From Squalus acanthias (Eukaryota), in NCBI GenBank assembly GCA_030390025.1, contig CM059432.1, positions 53,074,001 through 53,138,000 on the forward strand: DNA of 64,000 nt. Reading direction: 5' to 3'. Below are positions 48,384 to 61,674 of the stretch, piece by piece. Below the pieces are notes generated by a model. That model ran no database searches. It saw only the letters and a program-made list of their open reading frames with translations, and was not told the DNA's origin. Every line of letters starts with the position of its first letter. Positions within the stretch are counted from its first letter, which is position 1. The translations under genes were made by a program, and so were the position numbers.

Positions 48384-50751
48384 GGTGGAGGAAGGGAGGA
48401 GGCTGCCTGCACATGCACGTTCCGGACAGACTGTCCATGAGCGCATCATTAGACTCCGTTTCCCCTGAATGAAACCCCAGATCCCCATTGTTCAACACTT
48501 CTCCACCTTACCATCCCTCTGTCACGGAACATCACAGCATCTTCTTGGCCACAATGTTGAAATGAGAGCCACCACAAAACAAACATTCCAACCAAATTTA
48601 TCAATCCAATATTAACCAACAAAGTCAACTAATCACCCTTGTGCATTCCCTTAGTGCCTATCTTCCGTGTGCCTTTGCCTGTCCTAGTGCTCCTATGAAG
48701 TGCTACCCCAGTGACTGCAGTGTGGCTGGTGGAAGGCTGCTGACTTTCAGTGGGCAAGACTGCAGATGGCCTTGCAGGATGACCTCGAGCAGCTCTGGGC
48801 CTAGAAGGCCAGCAGCAGACTGCACCACCTCGGCATGGGTGGCAGCAGTCTGGGCTGGCTGGTTGACAGGCAACAGCAAGGGCACTGGTGGAGTGGCAGT
48901 GGTGGAAGGACGAATGCTGTCAACCTGAGAGCGGACAACAGGGTCAGCCTCCACGGAGCCACTGCTACTCCCCCAGCGCAGTGCCTCACGAATCCTAGTA
49001 ATCTGCTGGAGGACAGATTGTTGGACTGCTATGACACCCTGCAAGCCCCTTTCAACACTGGTAAATGCTTGCGTGGCAGCAAGCTGAGCCTACATGAGAG
49101 CAGTCTGAGCTTCCACTGTAGCACTCAGATGTTGGGTCACTTCCGCTTGTGCTGCAATGGAAGCTGAGATATTGGCCATCAGACGCTGTATCATGGTTGG
49201 GTCCACAAGTGCACTAATGGAGTTTCCCATCACTTCCATCCTGGAAATGGGCTCCAAGCTCTGCGCAAAGCCCTGTGCAAAGTTGGTGCCGGACTTCTCC
49301 ATGCTCCTTGACAGTGACAACAAGCTCTCTGGCAGGCCTGCCAATGCACCAAGCATTTCTGTGTACATGCCCATCACCCTTCTTCTGTAGGCCGCCCCAT
49401 TGAAGTCCTCATCTAAGTCCTCTGTAGCAGAACCCATGTGCGACCTCGCCTTCCGGGGAGCTGGCACCTTCGCTACCCTTTCCCCCTGCCCTGGCTGCAG
49501 GCCACTTGTGCGTGCTGACTCACCATGTGCAGATTCCGCTTCCATACTACCCTCTAATGTACACGCAATGCCAGTGCCTGAGCTGGTGCCTGTGAGTGTG
49601 AGATCGAGTGACGGTGTGTCTTCTTCTCCATCACTCTCCTCTTGCTCTTCTTGCACTGGCTGGCCAGGTTGGAGTTCTTGGGTATCTGAAAAGAGAAAGG
49701 CACAAGGTTTGGGTTGTGGTGAGGTGGTGGTGGGAAAGCAAGATGTGCGTGCTTACACCATCAGCAGCTTGTAAGTGAGAAGAGATTGTGGGATGAGGGG
49801 GAAGTTGGCTGTGAGAAGAAGGATTAGTTATAAGCATATCTAATGGATTCAGCCTTGTCACTCACCACGGCTTCAGTGATGGCCCCTCCAACAATGTTGA
49901 GCACCCTCTCCTCCAGCTGGGTAAGGATATGCAGGCTTGCTTGTCCCCTGCTGGTTAACATTGTTGCCTGCGATTGTTGCCACCTTGCCCTGCAAGAGAG
50001 AGGGAAGTATGTCAGTGAGTGTGGTGCAATGTGTTTGGGTGATGTGCCTGTCATGGTTGAATAGCTGGCAGTGTATGAAATGTGTGAGATGTGGCTTGCA
50101 GCAGTGGTAAGTGTATGAGGGTGAGGTGAAGATATAATTGTGAGGTATTAGTCATGATTGATAGAGATCATTGGTAGATGAGTGATGAGGGTGTGCTGCA
50201 TTGAGCAATGTGTGAGGCTAGTGGTGCAGTTGGTGGGAGATGGCATTTGCAAATGCATTCACTGACCTTGACCACTCATGTGAGGTCATTGAATTTCTTT
50301 CAGCACTGCATCCACGTCCTCGGGGTAAGACTGCTAGCATTGACGTCATCGGCTATCACCTCACTGACTTCTCACTGTGTGTCTTGAGGGCCTTCTGGCC
50401 CCCTGCAGATAGAGGACCTGTCTCCTCCTTTCTACCCCCTGCAATAAGGCCTCTAATTCTGCATCCGAGAAAGTTGGAGCCCCTTCTCTGACCTGTTGAG
50501 CCATTATTCAATCTTCTCCTTTCTGAGCCTTGCCTCCACAACCAGTTGCATGAGCTGCTGCAGGCAGCATGCACCTCCCCTTTAAGAAGTGCAGACTGCC
50601 TTTAACAAGCCACTCAGCAGCGCAGGGCTGAACGCTGCAATCATTGTAATTAGCAGGCAGCACCAAGGTCGCGGCTGCTTTCAAGGGGCGCGGGCCAATC
50701 GCACATCGTTATCCCCGTACCCGTTTTTGGGGGCTATCGAATTTTTAGCCT
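47057..50751. mobile_element. Harbinger D (left end truncated): transposase pseudogene + (~47397-48468) and Myb pseudogene - (~50520-48640)
   Basis: DCTH, YPGSSHDAF, GDKGY, IEQTIG. Internal deletion near 47838. Right TIR gaatttttagcct. Confidence 0.88.
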
Positions 50752-51145
50752 GAAGGCTTTTAAAGGTAGCAAGAGAAGTAGCAAGGGGAGAGGACTAGGG
50801 TGGGAGTAGGAAGGAGATGCTTCTCAACTGTAGAAGAAGAGACAGGAGAGTAAGATGCCCAGGAGGCCAGAATCACATGGGCATGGGTTGGGATGTGGGG
50901 CTGGAAGAGCTTGCATAGATAGTGAGGGGTGAGGTCGGGGAAGGATTTTTGAACAAGGATAAAGATTTTGAATTCAGCGCATTCACAGATAGGGAACCAT
51001 TGGAAGTCAGCAAAGGCATGATTGATCAGCGAGTGGGACTTATTAAGGGACAGGATATGGGCAGCAGTGTTTTGGATGAGTTGGAGTTTGTGCAGTGTGG
51101 AACTCAGGAAGCTGGTGAGAAGAACATTAGAAAAGTCAAGTAGTA
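50752..51145 (-). mobile_element. Old L2-like fragment
   Basis: Purine-rich + strand resembling the L2 at 53645-54085 (agcagtgttttggatgagttggagttt). Confidence 0.45.
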
Positions 51146-51271
51146 TGGGGGGTTCACTGTGAGTTTATGCTAAACCATGAGAGAAGCCTTTGCAGCACTA
51201 CAGTTCATCCTGCATCTAAGCATATCTGCAGGTGATATTACCACTGCAGAGACCCAAAGACCAGTAAGAAT

Positions 51272-51889
51272 ATCACCAAGGATGAGCAGGAGTAGGGTAG
51301 GGAAGGCAGAGTGATGGGGATGTGATGAGTGGCACAGCAGGATGAGGTTGAGTGTGGCTTTGCAGTAACGTTTCGTGATCTACTGAGATCATTGAAAGGT
51401 TTGCACTACTGCAGCCTGGTCCTCCTAACGACATCCCTGCTTTTGTCCTCCTGTGTAATGTGCAACCAGGCTGTGTTGATCTCCTGGGGAGGTCTCTTCT
51501 GCCCATTGGAAGGGAAGAGAACCTCCCTGCGTGCTGTGACTCCCTCCATAAGCATATGAAGGGAGTCATAGGAGAGCTGGCTGCAGCCGTGAACTTCTGT
51601 GCAGTGCTTGTCAGTGTTTGCAGCACCTCAATGCTGTAGAACACTGACAGCGGAACTGTCAAAATCAATTTGCGCATGGTCCCTTTAAGGAAACTGGTTG
51701 ATGATGCGTCAGCAAGTGACGTCATCAGACCCGCTTCCTTCAATTGGCCGGGAAACGCGCTGGGCGGGCTTAACAAGCCCAATCAGCGTAAGGTCACTTG
51801 GGACAGCGGGCTGGAGCCAGCAGCGAGGTCGGGACCCGCCACAGACCCCGGCCGCACCGGACCCACCGAGGGAGGGGAAATCGCTGCCT
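51272..51889 (-). mobile_element. Non-autonomous Harbinger left end with a Myb exon 1 remnant
   Basis: Reverse-complement homology to ~6650-6980; terminus ggggaaatcgctgcc. Confidence 0.75.
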
Positions 51890-51972
51890 ACAATTCAAAA
51901 GTACTTTGTTGGCTGGAAAGCACTTTGGGACATCCTTTCATGAAAGGCGCTATATAAATGCAAGTTCTTTCT
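51890..51972 (+). mobile_element. SINE/L2-type 3' tail fragment
   Basis: caaaagtact...gaaaggcgctatataaatgcaagt, as at 29813-29916. Confidence 0.65.
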
Positions 51973-52142
51973 CTACATAAACATGAATTAGCTATTTGCT
52001 GATAGCATCATGCAAGTTGCAGGTCAGTACTTCCTGAATTTTTGAGGACAGCCTGATTTTAGAGTTTTATTTTCATACATTTTTATTGCAACTTTGAGGG
52101 ATACCACATCTTTGGAATGTATGGTAGATTTATCTTTGGGAC

Positions 52143-52915
52143 TTATTTAAATGGAGAGAGACTACAAAATTCTGCAGTACAGAGGGATCTGGGTGTCCTC
52201 GTACATGAAACACAAAATGTTAGCATGCAGGTACAGCAAGTAATTAGGAAGGCAAATGGATTGTTGACCCTTATTACAAGGAGGATGGAGTATAAAAACA
52301 GGGAAGTCTTGCTACAACTGTACAGGGCATTGGTTAGACCACATCTAGAGTACTGCGTGCAGTTTTGGTCTCCTTATTTAAGGAGGGATATACTTGCATT
52401 GGAGGCAGTTCAGAGAAGGTTCACTAGGTTGATTCCTGAGATGAAGGTGTTGTCTTATGAAGAAAGGTTGAGCAGGTTGGGCCTATACTCGTTGGAGTTT
52501 AGAAGAATGAGAGGTGATCTTATTGAAACATATAAAATTCTGAGGGGGCTTGACAGGGTAGATGCAGGGAGGATGTTTCCCCTCGTGGGGGAATCTAGAA
52601 CTAGGGGGTATAGTTTCAGAATAAGGGGTTGCCCATTTAAAATGGAGATGAGGATGAATTTCTTCTCTCAGAGGGTCGTGAATCTTTGGAATTCTCTACC
52701 CCAGAGAGCTGTGGAGGCGGAGTCATTGAATACATTCAAGGCTGAGATAGACAGATATTTAAGCTGCAGGGGAGTCGAGGGTTATGGGAATCGGGCGGGA
52801 AAGTGGAGTTGAGGCCAAGATCAGATCAGCCATGATCTTATTGAATGGTGGAGCAGGCTCGAGGGGCCAAATAGCCTACTCCTGCTCCTATTTCTTATGT
52901 ACTTATGTTCTTATG
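52143..52915 (+). mobile_element. 5'-truncated CR1 (RT C-terminus and tail)
   Basis: ORF to 52812 (LEYCVQFWSP, SRTRG), (ttcttatg)n tail. Confidence 0.93.
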
Positions 52916-53644
52916 TTGCCTAATGAATAGTTAATGACAAAGAAACAACTCTGTGTCCTTGGAGAAATGATGATGAGTTAGAGCCAGCTTTACATTTTTG
53001 ATAGTTTTTGATACATGCTAGCAAATGGAGAAAATGGCCTTAGGGAGCACAGTCGACAATTCAGATCCAATGCCTTTATGACTCAGTCTAATCTTCCCAT
53101 CTGAGACTTCTCAGGTGCACTCATTACTTGTTATGAATTTAAACAGACTGATCTCTTCATGAAGCTGGAAATATGTAAACTGAGCAATAGATAGTATAGA
53201 AAACCTATTTGGTCAATTTAATTTTAGTCAGAGACTCTTTTTTAATTTGGGTGATATAACAACAGCGAGCAGCTGGAGAAAACTGTCACAAGGCCAGAGT
53301 TCTTTAACTTTGATCCTCATGTTTTCTGGAACCGTAAAACACTTAATGAATTTTCATTGATGTACAATTGGGCAAATCATAGATTCTCCAGATACCTGCC
53401 CCATTTCTACTTTTTACAGAATCAGGAATTGATTTAATTCATTTTTAAATTCTTCAATAGATCAGTATCAACCATACCAAGTGGCAATTTATTTCATAAG
53501 TCAATTAGTTCAAGGGTGGAGAAGTTATTCCTTTATCTATTATAAACTTATATCATCTGGAGCAATATGGGAGATGGAAGGGAGTTCCAGCATCAGCTGC
53601 TGACCCATGATATGTCTGACCGAGCAGTATCTGATACTGGACAT

Positions 53645-54085
53645 AACAACAACAACAATAACAACTTGCATTTATATAGCACCTTAAATGTAATAAAAGG
53701 TCTCAAGGCGCTTCACAGGAGCGATTATCAAATAAAATTTGACACCAAGCTGCATAAGGAGATATTAGGACAGGTGACCAACAACTTGGTCAAAAAGGTA
53801 GGTTTTAAGGAGCGAGTTAAAGGAGGAGAGAGGTAGAGGTCAAGAGGTTTAGGGAGGGAATTCCAGAGATTAGTGCCGAGGCAACTGAAGGCATGGCCGC
53901 CAATAGTGGAGTGAAGGAAATAAGGGATGCGCAAGAGGCCAGAATTGGAGCAGCCCAGAGCTCTCGGATGGTTGTAGGTGGGAGGCCGAACAGGAGAGCA
54001 TTGGAATAGTCGAATCTGGAGGTAAAAAAAGCATTGATGAGGGTTTCAGCAGCAGATGGGCTGAGGCAGGGGCGGAGAGGAGTGA
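53645..54085 (-). mobile_element. L2 LINE 3' end
   Basis: AETLINAFFTSRFDYSNALL; tail gctatataaatgcaagt(tgt)n on the minus strand. Confidence 0.82.
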
Positions 54086-54139
54086 TCAATGTTCCCTTTA
54101 AGCTGCGTGGCCGCGTAGCACTCTGGAGGTCCTGCATGG

Positions 54140-54540
54140 TTGACTCACCATCCAGGACAAAGCAGCCCACTTGATTGGCACCCCATCCACCACCTTAAAC
54201 ATTCACTAACTCGCCAAGGCTTCTTCGACAGCACCTCCCAAACCCGCAACCTCTACCACCTAGAAGGACAAGGGCAGCAGATGCTTGAGAACACCACCAC
54301 CTCCAAGTTCCCCTCCAAGTCACACACCATCCTGACTTGGAAATATATCGCCGTTCCTTCATAGTCACTGAGTCAAAATCCTAGAACTCCCTCCCTAACA
54401 GCACTATGGGAGTATCTTCACCGCATGGACTGCAGCAGTTCAAGAAGTTGGCTCACCGCCACCTTCTCAAGGGCAACTAGTGATGGGCAATAAATGCTGG
54501 CCTTGTCAGCGATGCCCACATCCCGTGAACAAATAAGAAA
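54140..54540 (+). mobile_element. 3' end of the LINE family seen at 38714-40268
   Basis: Aligns to ~39820-40260. Confidence 0.8.
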
Positions 54541-56440
54541 AGTTGATGAGTTGTTGCAGTGCATACTGCAGCTATAATGTGCCAATGGTGGATAGGGAGT
54601 ATATTGTGTTCAATAGCAGAGGCATTGATTCAGTAGACTGCTTTGTCTTGGGTGGTGTCGAGCTACTTGAGTGACATTGTGGCTGCATTCATCCAGCCGA
54701 GTAGTGAATATTCCATCACACTCTTGACTTGAGGCTTGTAGATGGTGAAGAAGCTTTGAGGAGTCACTCTTGAAAGAGTAGCCAGCCTTTGCTCTGACCT
54801 TCTAGCCATGTTGTTAATATGGCTGGAGCAATTAAGCTGCTGGTCAATGGTCACGCTCAAAATGTTGATGGTGGGAATTACTACAATAATGGTGTTGTTG
54901 AAGGTTAGAGGGAGGTGGATGGTGTAGGGGGTGGTGTGGTAGGGGTCAGCCTCACCTCTGGCTCAGTGAACGGTTCGAATCGCTCCCACGCCCCTGGTTC
55001 TAGACCTTGGACTTATTTAGGGGTTGTGAATAAAGATGCAGTAGACAACAGGTCCCGATGAAAGAATTTTGACTTTTATTAAAAGAAAAGGTAACAAACT
55101 TAAAACACACTTAACACTTAAACAGGTTGGGGAACACACGGTACAGGTGAGGGAGAATGACAATATACAAAAACCCTTATCCCTCCCAAAAATCCACTAT
55201 CTAGCTAGGTTTTGGTTTCAGGAGATCAGGGATAATGCTCACCAAACAGGGGTTTTGACAGTGCGAAATCCAGCCAGGTAAGTTGATTGCGATTTTGAGG
55301 TACTCTCTTTTTGTCCTTTGGGGCCTGCCCTCCCCACGTGGTACCGGTCTGTGAAATCTGCGATGGTGGTCTGGTCATCGAGTTTTGTTGCGTTGGAGGC
55401 TTGTCGGGGCGGTACCTTCTGGGGCTGCACCGTGGGTTGAGCGATGCCGACTCGCTCCCAGCCTCCAGTCTGTCCTTGCCTCCGATCTCGCCCCGGGTCT
55501 GCCTCGTGGCCTTGCTGCTTCTCTCCTCCTCCTACTCGTGTCGTGTGGCTGGTAGTGTCTTGCTGGTACTTGCTGCAACTGGAACAGAGCTGAGAGAGAG
55601 TTTCTTGGGGGATTAGGCCCTCAAATATACTGTTCAGACCCTTTGTCTTTTTCGCGCCAAAACCCCTTACTAAATCAGTTTCGTGTTGAAGTGATTTAGG
55701 TTTCAGTTGAGGCCTGTTCATTCCATTGTCTTAGTTTTGCGGGCTTGTTAAGTTTTGATGGGTTTAACTTGGTGTTAAATTGTCCTGATGGCTTCCGATG
55801 TCTCCCATTTAGGCAGGGCCTTTATCTATGCGCCAAATCTTGTCCCTATAGATACCTGGCTGATTGGTTTTTGATGAAGTAATGGCTGTACTAGATGTTT
55901 TTATTGTTTACAGGCTTCTGGCATCCTGTTTGGGCCTGGGGATATTCAAAAGGTGTCTTGAATTATTCAATTTTGGATGTGTTGTGAGGTATTGGGTGAG
56001 GTTCTTCCTCCTGCCAGGATTGCAGTGCAAACAAATTCCAGACAGCTTGACGCCAAAAGCTCTCCACTGCCTCACCACACCCCTTCGCAAAGGTGTTTTT
56101 TTTTCCATAGTCATTTTTTCTCAGGGTTTTTCTTCTCTGATCTTTAACTCATCCCAATTCATAGGAAAAATCCAAAATCACCCCTTTTAGGGTTCTATAC
56201 GAGTTTCTGGGGAATTTTGCGAAGCTTACACTGGGCCTTTTCTTGTTGAAGACGGTGATTGTCCTGTCACTTATGTGGTGCAATGTTACTGGCAACTTCT
56301 CAGTCCAAGCCTGGATGTTGTCCAAGTCTTGCTGTAGCCTGACATGGGCTGCTTCATTATCAATTGTTAATGGAGTTGAACACTATAGAATTTCAGTGAA
56401 CAGCTTGGCTCCTGATCATAGGTTACAGGGAAGGTCATTG
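54541..56440 (-). mobile_element. Older copy of the same LINE group, split by a solo LTR
   Basis: Reverse complement resembles ~39350-39920; rejoins across 54923-56230. Confidence 0.7.
54923..56230 (-). mobile_element. Solo LTR (1308 bp)
   Basis: TGTA...TACA ends, 4-bp flanks atgg/ctgg, host LINE rejoins. Minus-strand AATAAA at ~55076. Confidence 0.75.
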
Positions 56441-57185
56441 TGACTAGAAGTTGACAAGAATATTTGACGTATTTGCCATCACATTCCTCTGAATGGAAAT
56501 GTAATACTTAAACCATTTTACTGATTTGCTGCTTTGTAGTGGCACTGAATACATAGTGAGAAAAAGTGAAGACTCCTGGGGGTAATTTTCTGAGCGTGGA
56601 TTTGCAGTGAGGAGCCTTGCCTGCTGGCAGCTCATATCAAAAAATAGTGTTGCAAACAGAAGATTGGATCCTCTCAGCCAACACACTACTCTGTGTCAGA
56701 CAACAATTCATTTTGATTTTGTTGGGTATTTTTCTGCCTGATGTGGAAATTCTGAAATTGTTGTGATTGATTATTTGGGTGACTCTCTCGAATATAACAT
56801 TGTTACAGTAATTAGCAGATTTTATTTTTCCTTAGTTGGCTCTGGATTGACCGATTTACTGTTATTGACAAATACATCACATCCATTGCCTCCTTTTAAT
56901 GTTTTTAATGTTCCCAAGATGAAACACTCTGCATCTATAGTAGAATATTGTGTCTACTCCATTCTGCATCCTGAAAAATACATATAATAGTCTCCAAGGG
57001 AGTAAGTTACTTTTTGTTCTATGACTACTGATAGAAATAAAAGGTTTGGATTTTTCAAATACTCTTCACTCTGGCTAAGGGCCACGTTTGCATGGCTTAT
57101 TTTTGACTCTGCTTGAAGCCTCAGTCACACATGGTTCTAATTTGCATCATGTCTTGCTTAACTGCTGTAAGAAGGAAGAGTCATG

Positions 57186-57640
57186 GGGCTAAAAATTCAG
57201 GTGATTTGCGCCACCCATTAACACCATGAAATTTCGATAAAACAGCGGCCGGCACTCTTCTGCCAGCTGGTGGCGGCTCCCGCGGCAGGCGCCATTTATC
57301 AAGGGCCGGTAGTGCTGCCCGTAAATGCAATCGGCGGAGGGAGTTAAATAAACGAGATTGTGACATCAGTGAGTGTGCAATGCTCATTGACGCCCAATCT
57401 GCAGCATTCGTTCTCGCCATTCAACTTACCAGCATGTCTAAACAACGACAGGGAGAGCAGGCGTCCAATAACAGGAAGGCAGCTGCAGTAGCGATATTTA
57501 AAGGGATCATCAGCAACCAGTTGCACCTGACGTGGTTCTGCAGTTTGAGTGGCTTTGTGCTAGTTTTTGCCACTCCGGCAGCTTTCTTTACTTATTTCAA
57601 GGTTCTTTGGTAACAGGGAGTGTTGTTGCAAGTGCAGAAC
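57186..57640. mobile_element. Harbinger terminus fragment
   Basis: gggctaaaaattc; subterminal gtgacatcagtgagtgtgcaa...atttaaagggatcatcag, as in ~42120-42275. Confidence 0.7.
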
Positions 57641-57679
57641 TCCCCCCTCCCCCTCTCCCCCCCTACCGCACCCCCCCCC

Positions 57680-59196
57680 CACCCCAGAGGGCTGTGGATG
57701 CTCAGTCGTTGAGTATATTCAAGGCAGAGATCGATAGATTTATGGATATTAAGGGAATCAAGAGATATGGGGATAGTGCAGGAAAGTGGAGTTAAGGTAG
57801 AAGATCAGCCATGATCTTATTGAATGGCAGAGCTGAAGGGATTATTACTAGTCCTAGCCCCTTTAGGGCTACCCCAGATCAGGCGTATTCCCCAGACGTT
57901 CACTTTCAACTAAAGTTTGAGGTAGCCGAATCCTAAAGACGCTTAATTGGATCTAAAGGTCTGGACCATCTCTCCCTAAAGGAAAGGAACAACCTGAAGA
58001 TGTTACCGTCCTCCAGATAGCACTTTTAATAAGTTTAGCTAGACTGTAACGTTCTGGATATTATGAGGGTCCGGAAAACTCCCCCAGAATTCTGCAACTC
58101 CTCACCAAAGAGTGTACAGAGATTGAGTTTGCGAGTTTGATACAGAAGTATTATGTGAGACAATTCTAAAAATATATAGATTTATTAAAGAACCGACATG
58201 TAATTTACAGTTGGTGATTCAATAGCAACATTAACAGTTCCAAAAACAGAAAGCTTACAATTCTATTATCAGAGATCCTTATTCTCAAATTTTAACTTTG
58301 CTACAGTTTTACAGTTCTTAGTCTATTCAGAATATCCACCAAAATCAAATACAGTACCGTTGATCCCCGAGATACAAAGAGTTGTAGACTTACAGAGCCT
58401 GCCTCTGAAGCCGAGAATCGCTTTGCCCCTTTACAGCGAATCTATTATCCTATTTGAAAGTTCAATATTTATACCCTTTTTCAGTGGTATTGCCTTTGAA
58501 GTTTTCTGCTGATGTAAGCTAATTATCTCTAGTCATTTTTCTTCTGACCCCTGCTATTCTTACAGTCACCTCAGATGGTAGCAATGCAGAATTATGTCTC
58601 TACCCCAGGTGTCCCAAGCTTACCATAAAAAACGGTGTAACAGCAGGTGCATCTATTTGATGTCATTTTTATCAAGGCCTTCTGTTTGTGTCTTTTTACG
58701 AATTGTAACTTAGAACACCTCAACCAGGGTGATCTATGCAATTCTTAGTCACCTCAGCTGGTTGTAACAAAGAATCGTGTCTCTCCTCTCCTCTAGGTAT
58801 TCCAATGTAACAGCAGGTGCATTTCATTTGATGTCATTTTTACTTAAGGCAAATGATTTTGCTTCTTTATGAAGTGTAATTTAGAACACCTGTACCATTG
58901 TCTGCTCCCAAAGATTCAGACCGTCGGGAGCCTTTAACCTTCTGTTTCAATAAGGTTATTGATTCAGTGTCAACAACTTATCTTATCTCAATAGCCTGAA
59001 TGCTGTTAACAATACAGCTTCTCCATTGTTAGGTTTTTAGATTTCCAAACCCAGTTTGTCATGTTTTAATAAGGCCAGAATTCTTTCATAGAATGGTGTA
59101 TTTTTCTGAATAGGTTATATGGCTTATTCCTTCACAGAGCAGGCTCGAAGGGCCGAATGGCCTACTCCTATTTCTTATGATCTTATGTTCTTATGT
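57680..59196 (+). mobile_element. CR1 3' tail fragment split by a solo LTR
   Basis: PQRAVDAQSLSIFKAEIDRF. Tail ...gaatggcagagc|aggctcgaagggccgaatgg rejoins. Confidence 0.88.
57834..59134 (-). mobile_element. Solo LTR (1301 bp) with a perfect 6-bp TSD
   Basis: TGAAGG...CCTTCA ends; TSD cagagc at 57828-33 and 59135-40. Minus-strand AATAAA at ~58182 and TATA at ~58470. Confidence 0.88.
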
Positions 59197-59852
59197 CTCT
59201 GCCCTTTGGATGTCTCCGACTCCTCTGATGTCTCCGACCCACCGATCGATCCTCGGCCCCCGACCCACGATCTCTCCCTCCCTGCTCTCCGCTCTCCGGC
59301 CTGTTGCCACAGGCCTTTCCATTCGACAATCAGCTAGCTTCTCAATCTGGCAGGCTGCAGCTGAGAAGCGGAGACAAAAAATGTTAATCGGGCCCTGCCG
59401 TTAAATTGATGGGAACCTGTTCTTCTGGGTTTCCTGACCGCAAAACAGCGACCCCCCGCACCTTCCCTCTCCACCTCAAAGTTAGTATCTGGGCCCATCA
59501 CACCTGCTTTGCTTTTATATAAGAGAGAAAGAAGAGTGTAAGTAATGGCCCATAATTTGCTGTCAAAATAATGGTGCAGCTAATGGTGCTCGCCGTTATT
59601 TACGTGCAAATGGTACAGCAACTTCAAACGTTGGGTATTTGCAAGGTTAAACTCAAAAATTCAAAAGTTGCTGTCTGAGTTAGCTTTGCAAAAATAGCAT
59701 CTCGCTGTCTGTTTCATCATCGAAATGCATTGAATGGCGTGATATTTATTTGCACGGTAGATACGAACTAAACTCGCCACAGAAAGTTAAGTCTTGTCCA
59801 TTTCAGACTAAATACCTTTTTAACGACTTGATAAGTGTTAATTACTGCTAGT

Positions 59853-60644
59853 TGTAAGAATTTGGATCACAGGCCACACACAGGTTGCCCAATAGGTCAC
59901 TTTATTAAAGAGCGGTAGTTTAAGTTAAGTACAGCATGCAATAGTAGACATACAACCCGTAACAGATGAGGACGGTTTACCGGCTCCGGGACGGACAGAC
60001 GGACGTGGACGAGCGTGGAGACAGAATGGTGGTTCCGGATCCCTGCAGCCTGCGGCAGTGGTCTCTTCCTCTTTGGTCGTCTCCCGAGCTGGCGGAGGTG
60101 TTAGGCCGAAGCCAGCATGGATATCCACCTCAGACGTTGAGCTTGACCAGGGTGTTAAGCCGAAGCTAGCATTGAATCGGCCCTGAGGAAGCTCCCTCTC
60201 TCTGCCTCCCCGGGGAAGCTCTTCCCCTCTCTGCCTGTTTTTCCCTTTCAGCTGCCCGTTTATATACCTTATTTCGGGGGACCGGTGGATACCTTACGTC
60301 AATCATTTGTTATCCATTCAATTGTCCAATTACAGGGGAATATATACCTATGACAGCCTCCCCTCCGCCCAGCCTCATGAGGTCATTTTCTTCCTTATCT
60401 CTGTTCTATAGGTCTTGTTGCCCTCTTGTAGACAGTTTGTTTATCCTATGGCTCCTTGCTGCATCCCTTATCTTAGCTATGCCCACCCGAAGGCCTGTTT
60501 TGTGTTCTGACCTCATAATTCAGCTCTCTGTACAACTCTTTTTCTGACATGACTGGAATCCTTCTGTGTCATCAACTTAGGCAAACTGCTGAGCTAGGGA
60601 ACACATAACAGATTATTATTTCTTCCAATCCACGATTTCTTACA
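59853..60644 (-). mobile_element. 3' LTR of an LTR retroelement/ERV (792 bp), with adjacent PPT
   Basis: TGTAAGAA...TTCTTACA ends. Minus-strand PPT ggtgggaaga at 60645-60654, TATA at ~60262, AATAAA at ~59903. Confidence 0.82.
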
Positions 60645-61109
60645 TCTTCCCACCTTGAGAAGGAAATATCCTTATTGACTTCTCACAATCGGCTCTTGAC
60701 TAATCTAGCTAGTTGTAAGTTATTGGCCCGCTGATACTATTCGTGCCCAGGGATGCTGGCTGGCATTATAAGCTACTTCGTATTCCCCTAATTTGCTTAT
60801 TGCTCTCTAATTTTGGGAGTTAGTTAGTATGGAGACTCAGAAATGAAGATTTCCCCCTTTCTTAGAGTCCATTCCTTTGAGGGGGAGGAGCAACCTCCGA
60901 CCCCTCACACAGGTTCAATTCACTGTTCCGGTGTTCCACTTCTGCCCTGCCTGGGGTATCCTCTGTTTCTTCTATCTTTCCTGATCTTACCCCACCTGCG
61001 GTTTCCTCTACGTTGCTTCGGATCTTCTCTTTCAGTGTGCTCAATTAATTTGTTAGTGCTGGTTAGTCATAGGCATGTGTACACAATTAGCTTATGCATC
61101 AAAGTCTTA

Positions 61110-61525
61110 CTACACGGGTTACATATATCATTACAAGTTGGAGAACTACCAGAGCGTGTGAAATAATACGAACCTAAGGCTGTGCTGATATATTAAGCCC
61201 AATATCCCACAAGTGTGAATCGTCCCCTCTGTTGTCAATTTCAATATCTATTCTCGAGTTGTCTTGCTCCAAAACATAAAAATGCTTTAGGGAGGAGTTC
61301 AGTCGCATCACGAACTCACTGAATCCCTCAGACAACAGGGGAATGTCGAACCTGAATTTTGCCACATAATTGTACAGCTCATACTTAAGTATCTCATTTA
61401 CTGTCAATTTTACTTGAGCATAGGTTTTGATATTGAGTAAAACGTGTTGGTTGATGGGACAAGTCCTGTTAGACCCGTAAAGCATGGTAGTTGCAGTAGT
61501 AGTGACACAGGAGGCACCACCAAAA
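61110..61525 (-). pseudogene. Env-like glycoprotein C-terminal remnant
   Basis: Located 5' of the PPT. GGASCVTTT...NRTCP, heptad-like segment, N-x-S/T sites, then WDIGLNISAQP*VRIISHALVVLQLVMIYV hydrophobic stretch. Confidence 0.45.
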
Positions 61526-61674
61526 CCACCTCATACTGAATTCGTAGTGGCTTTTCCCATGCTCTGTTACCTACAAAACACAATTATTACTGTTACAAGT
61601 TATAATTCAGTCTTACAATCATTATTACATCGACCAAGTACATACATTTCAAGCGACAATCATGCAGACATGTT

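Noticed and set aside
42446..48468. Host HARBI1 gene
   Set aside because: Multiple disrupted copies inside TIR-bounded elements; these are transposon pseudogenes.
56836..57001. + strand coding exon after tttttccttag
   Set aside because: All frames hit stops before the next good donor, and no peptide is recognisable.
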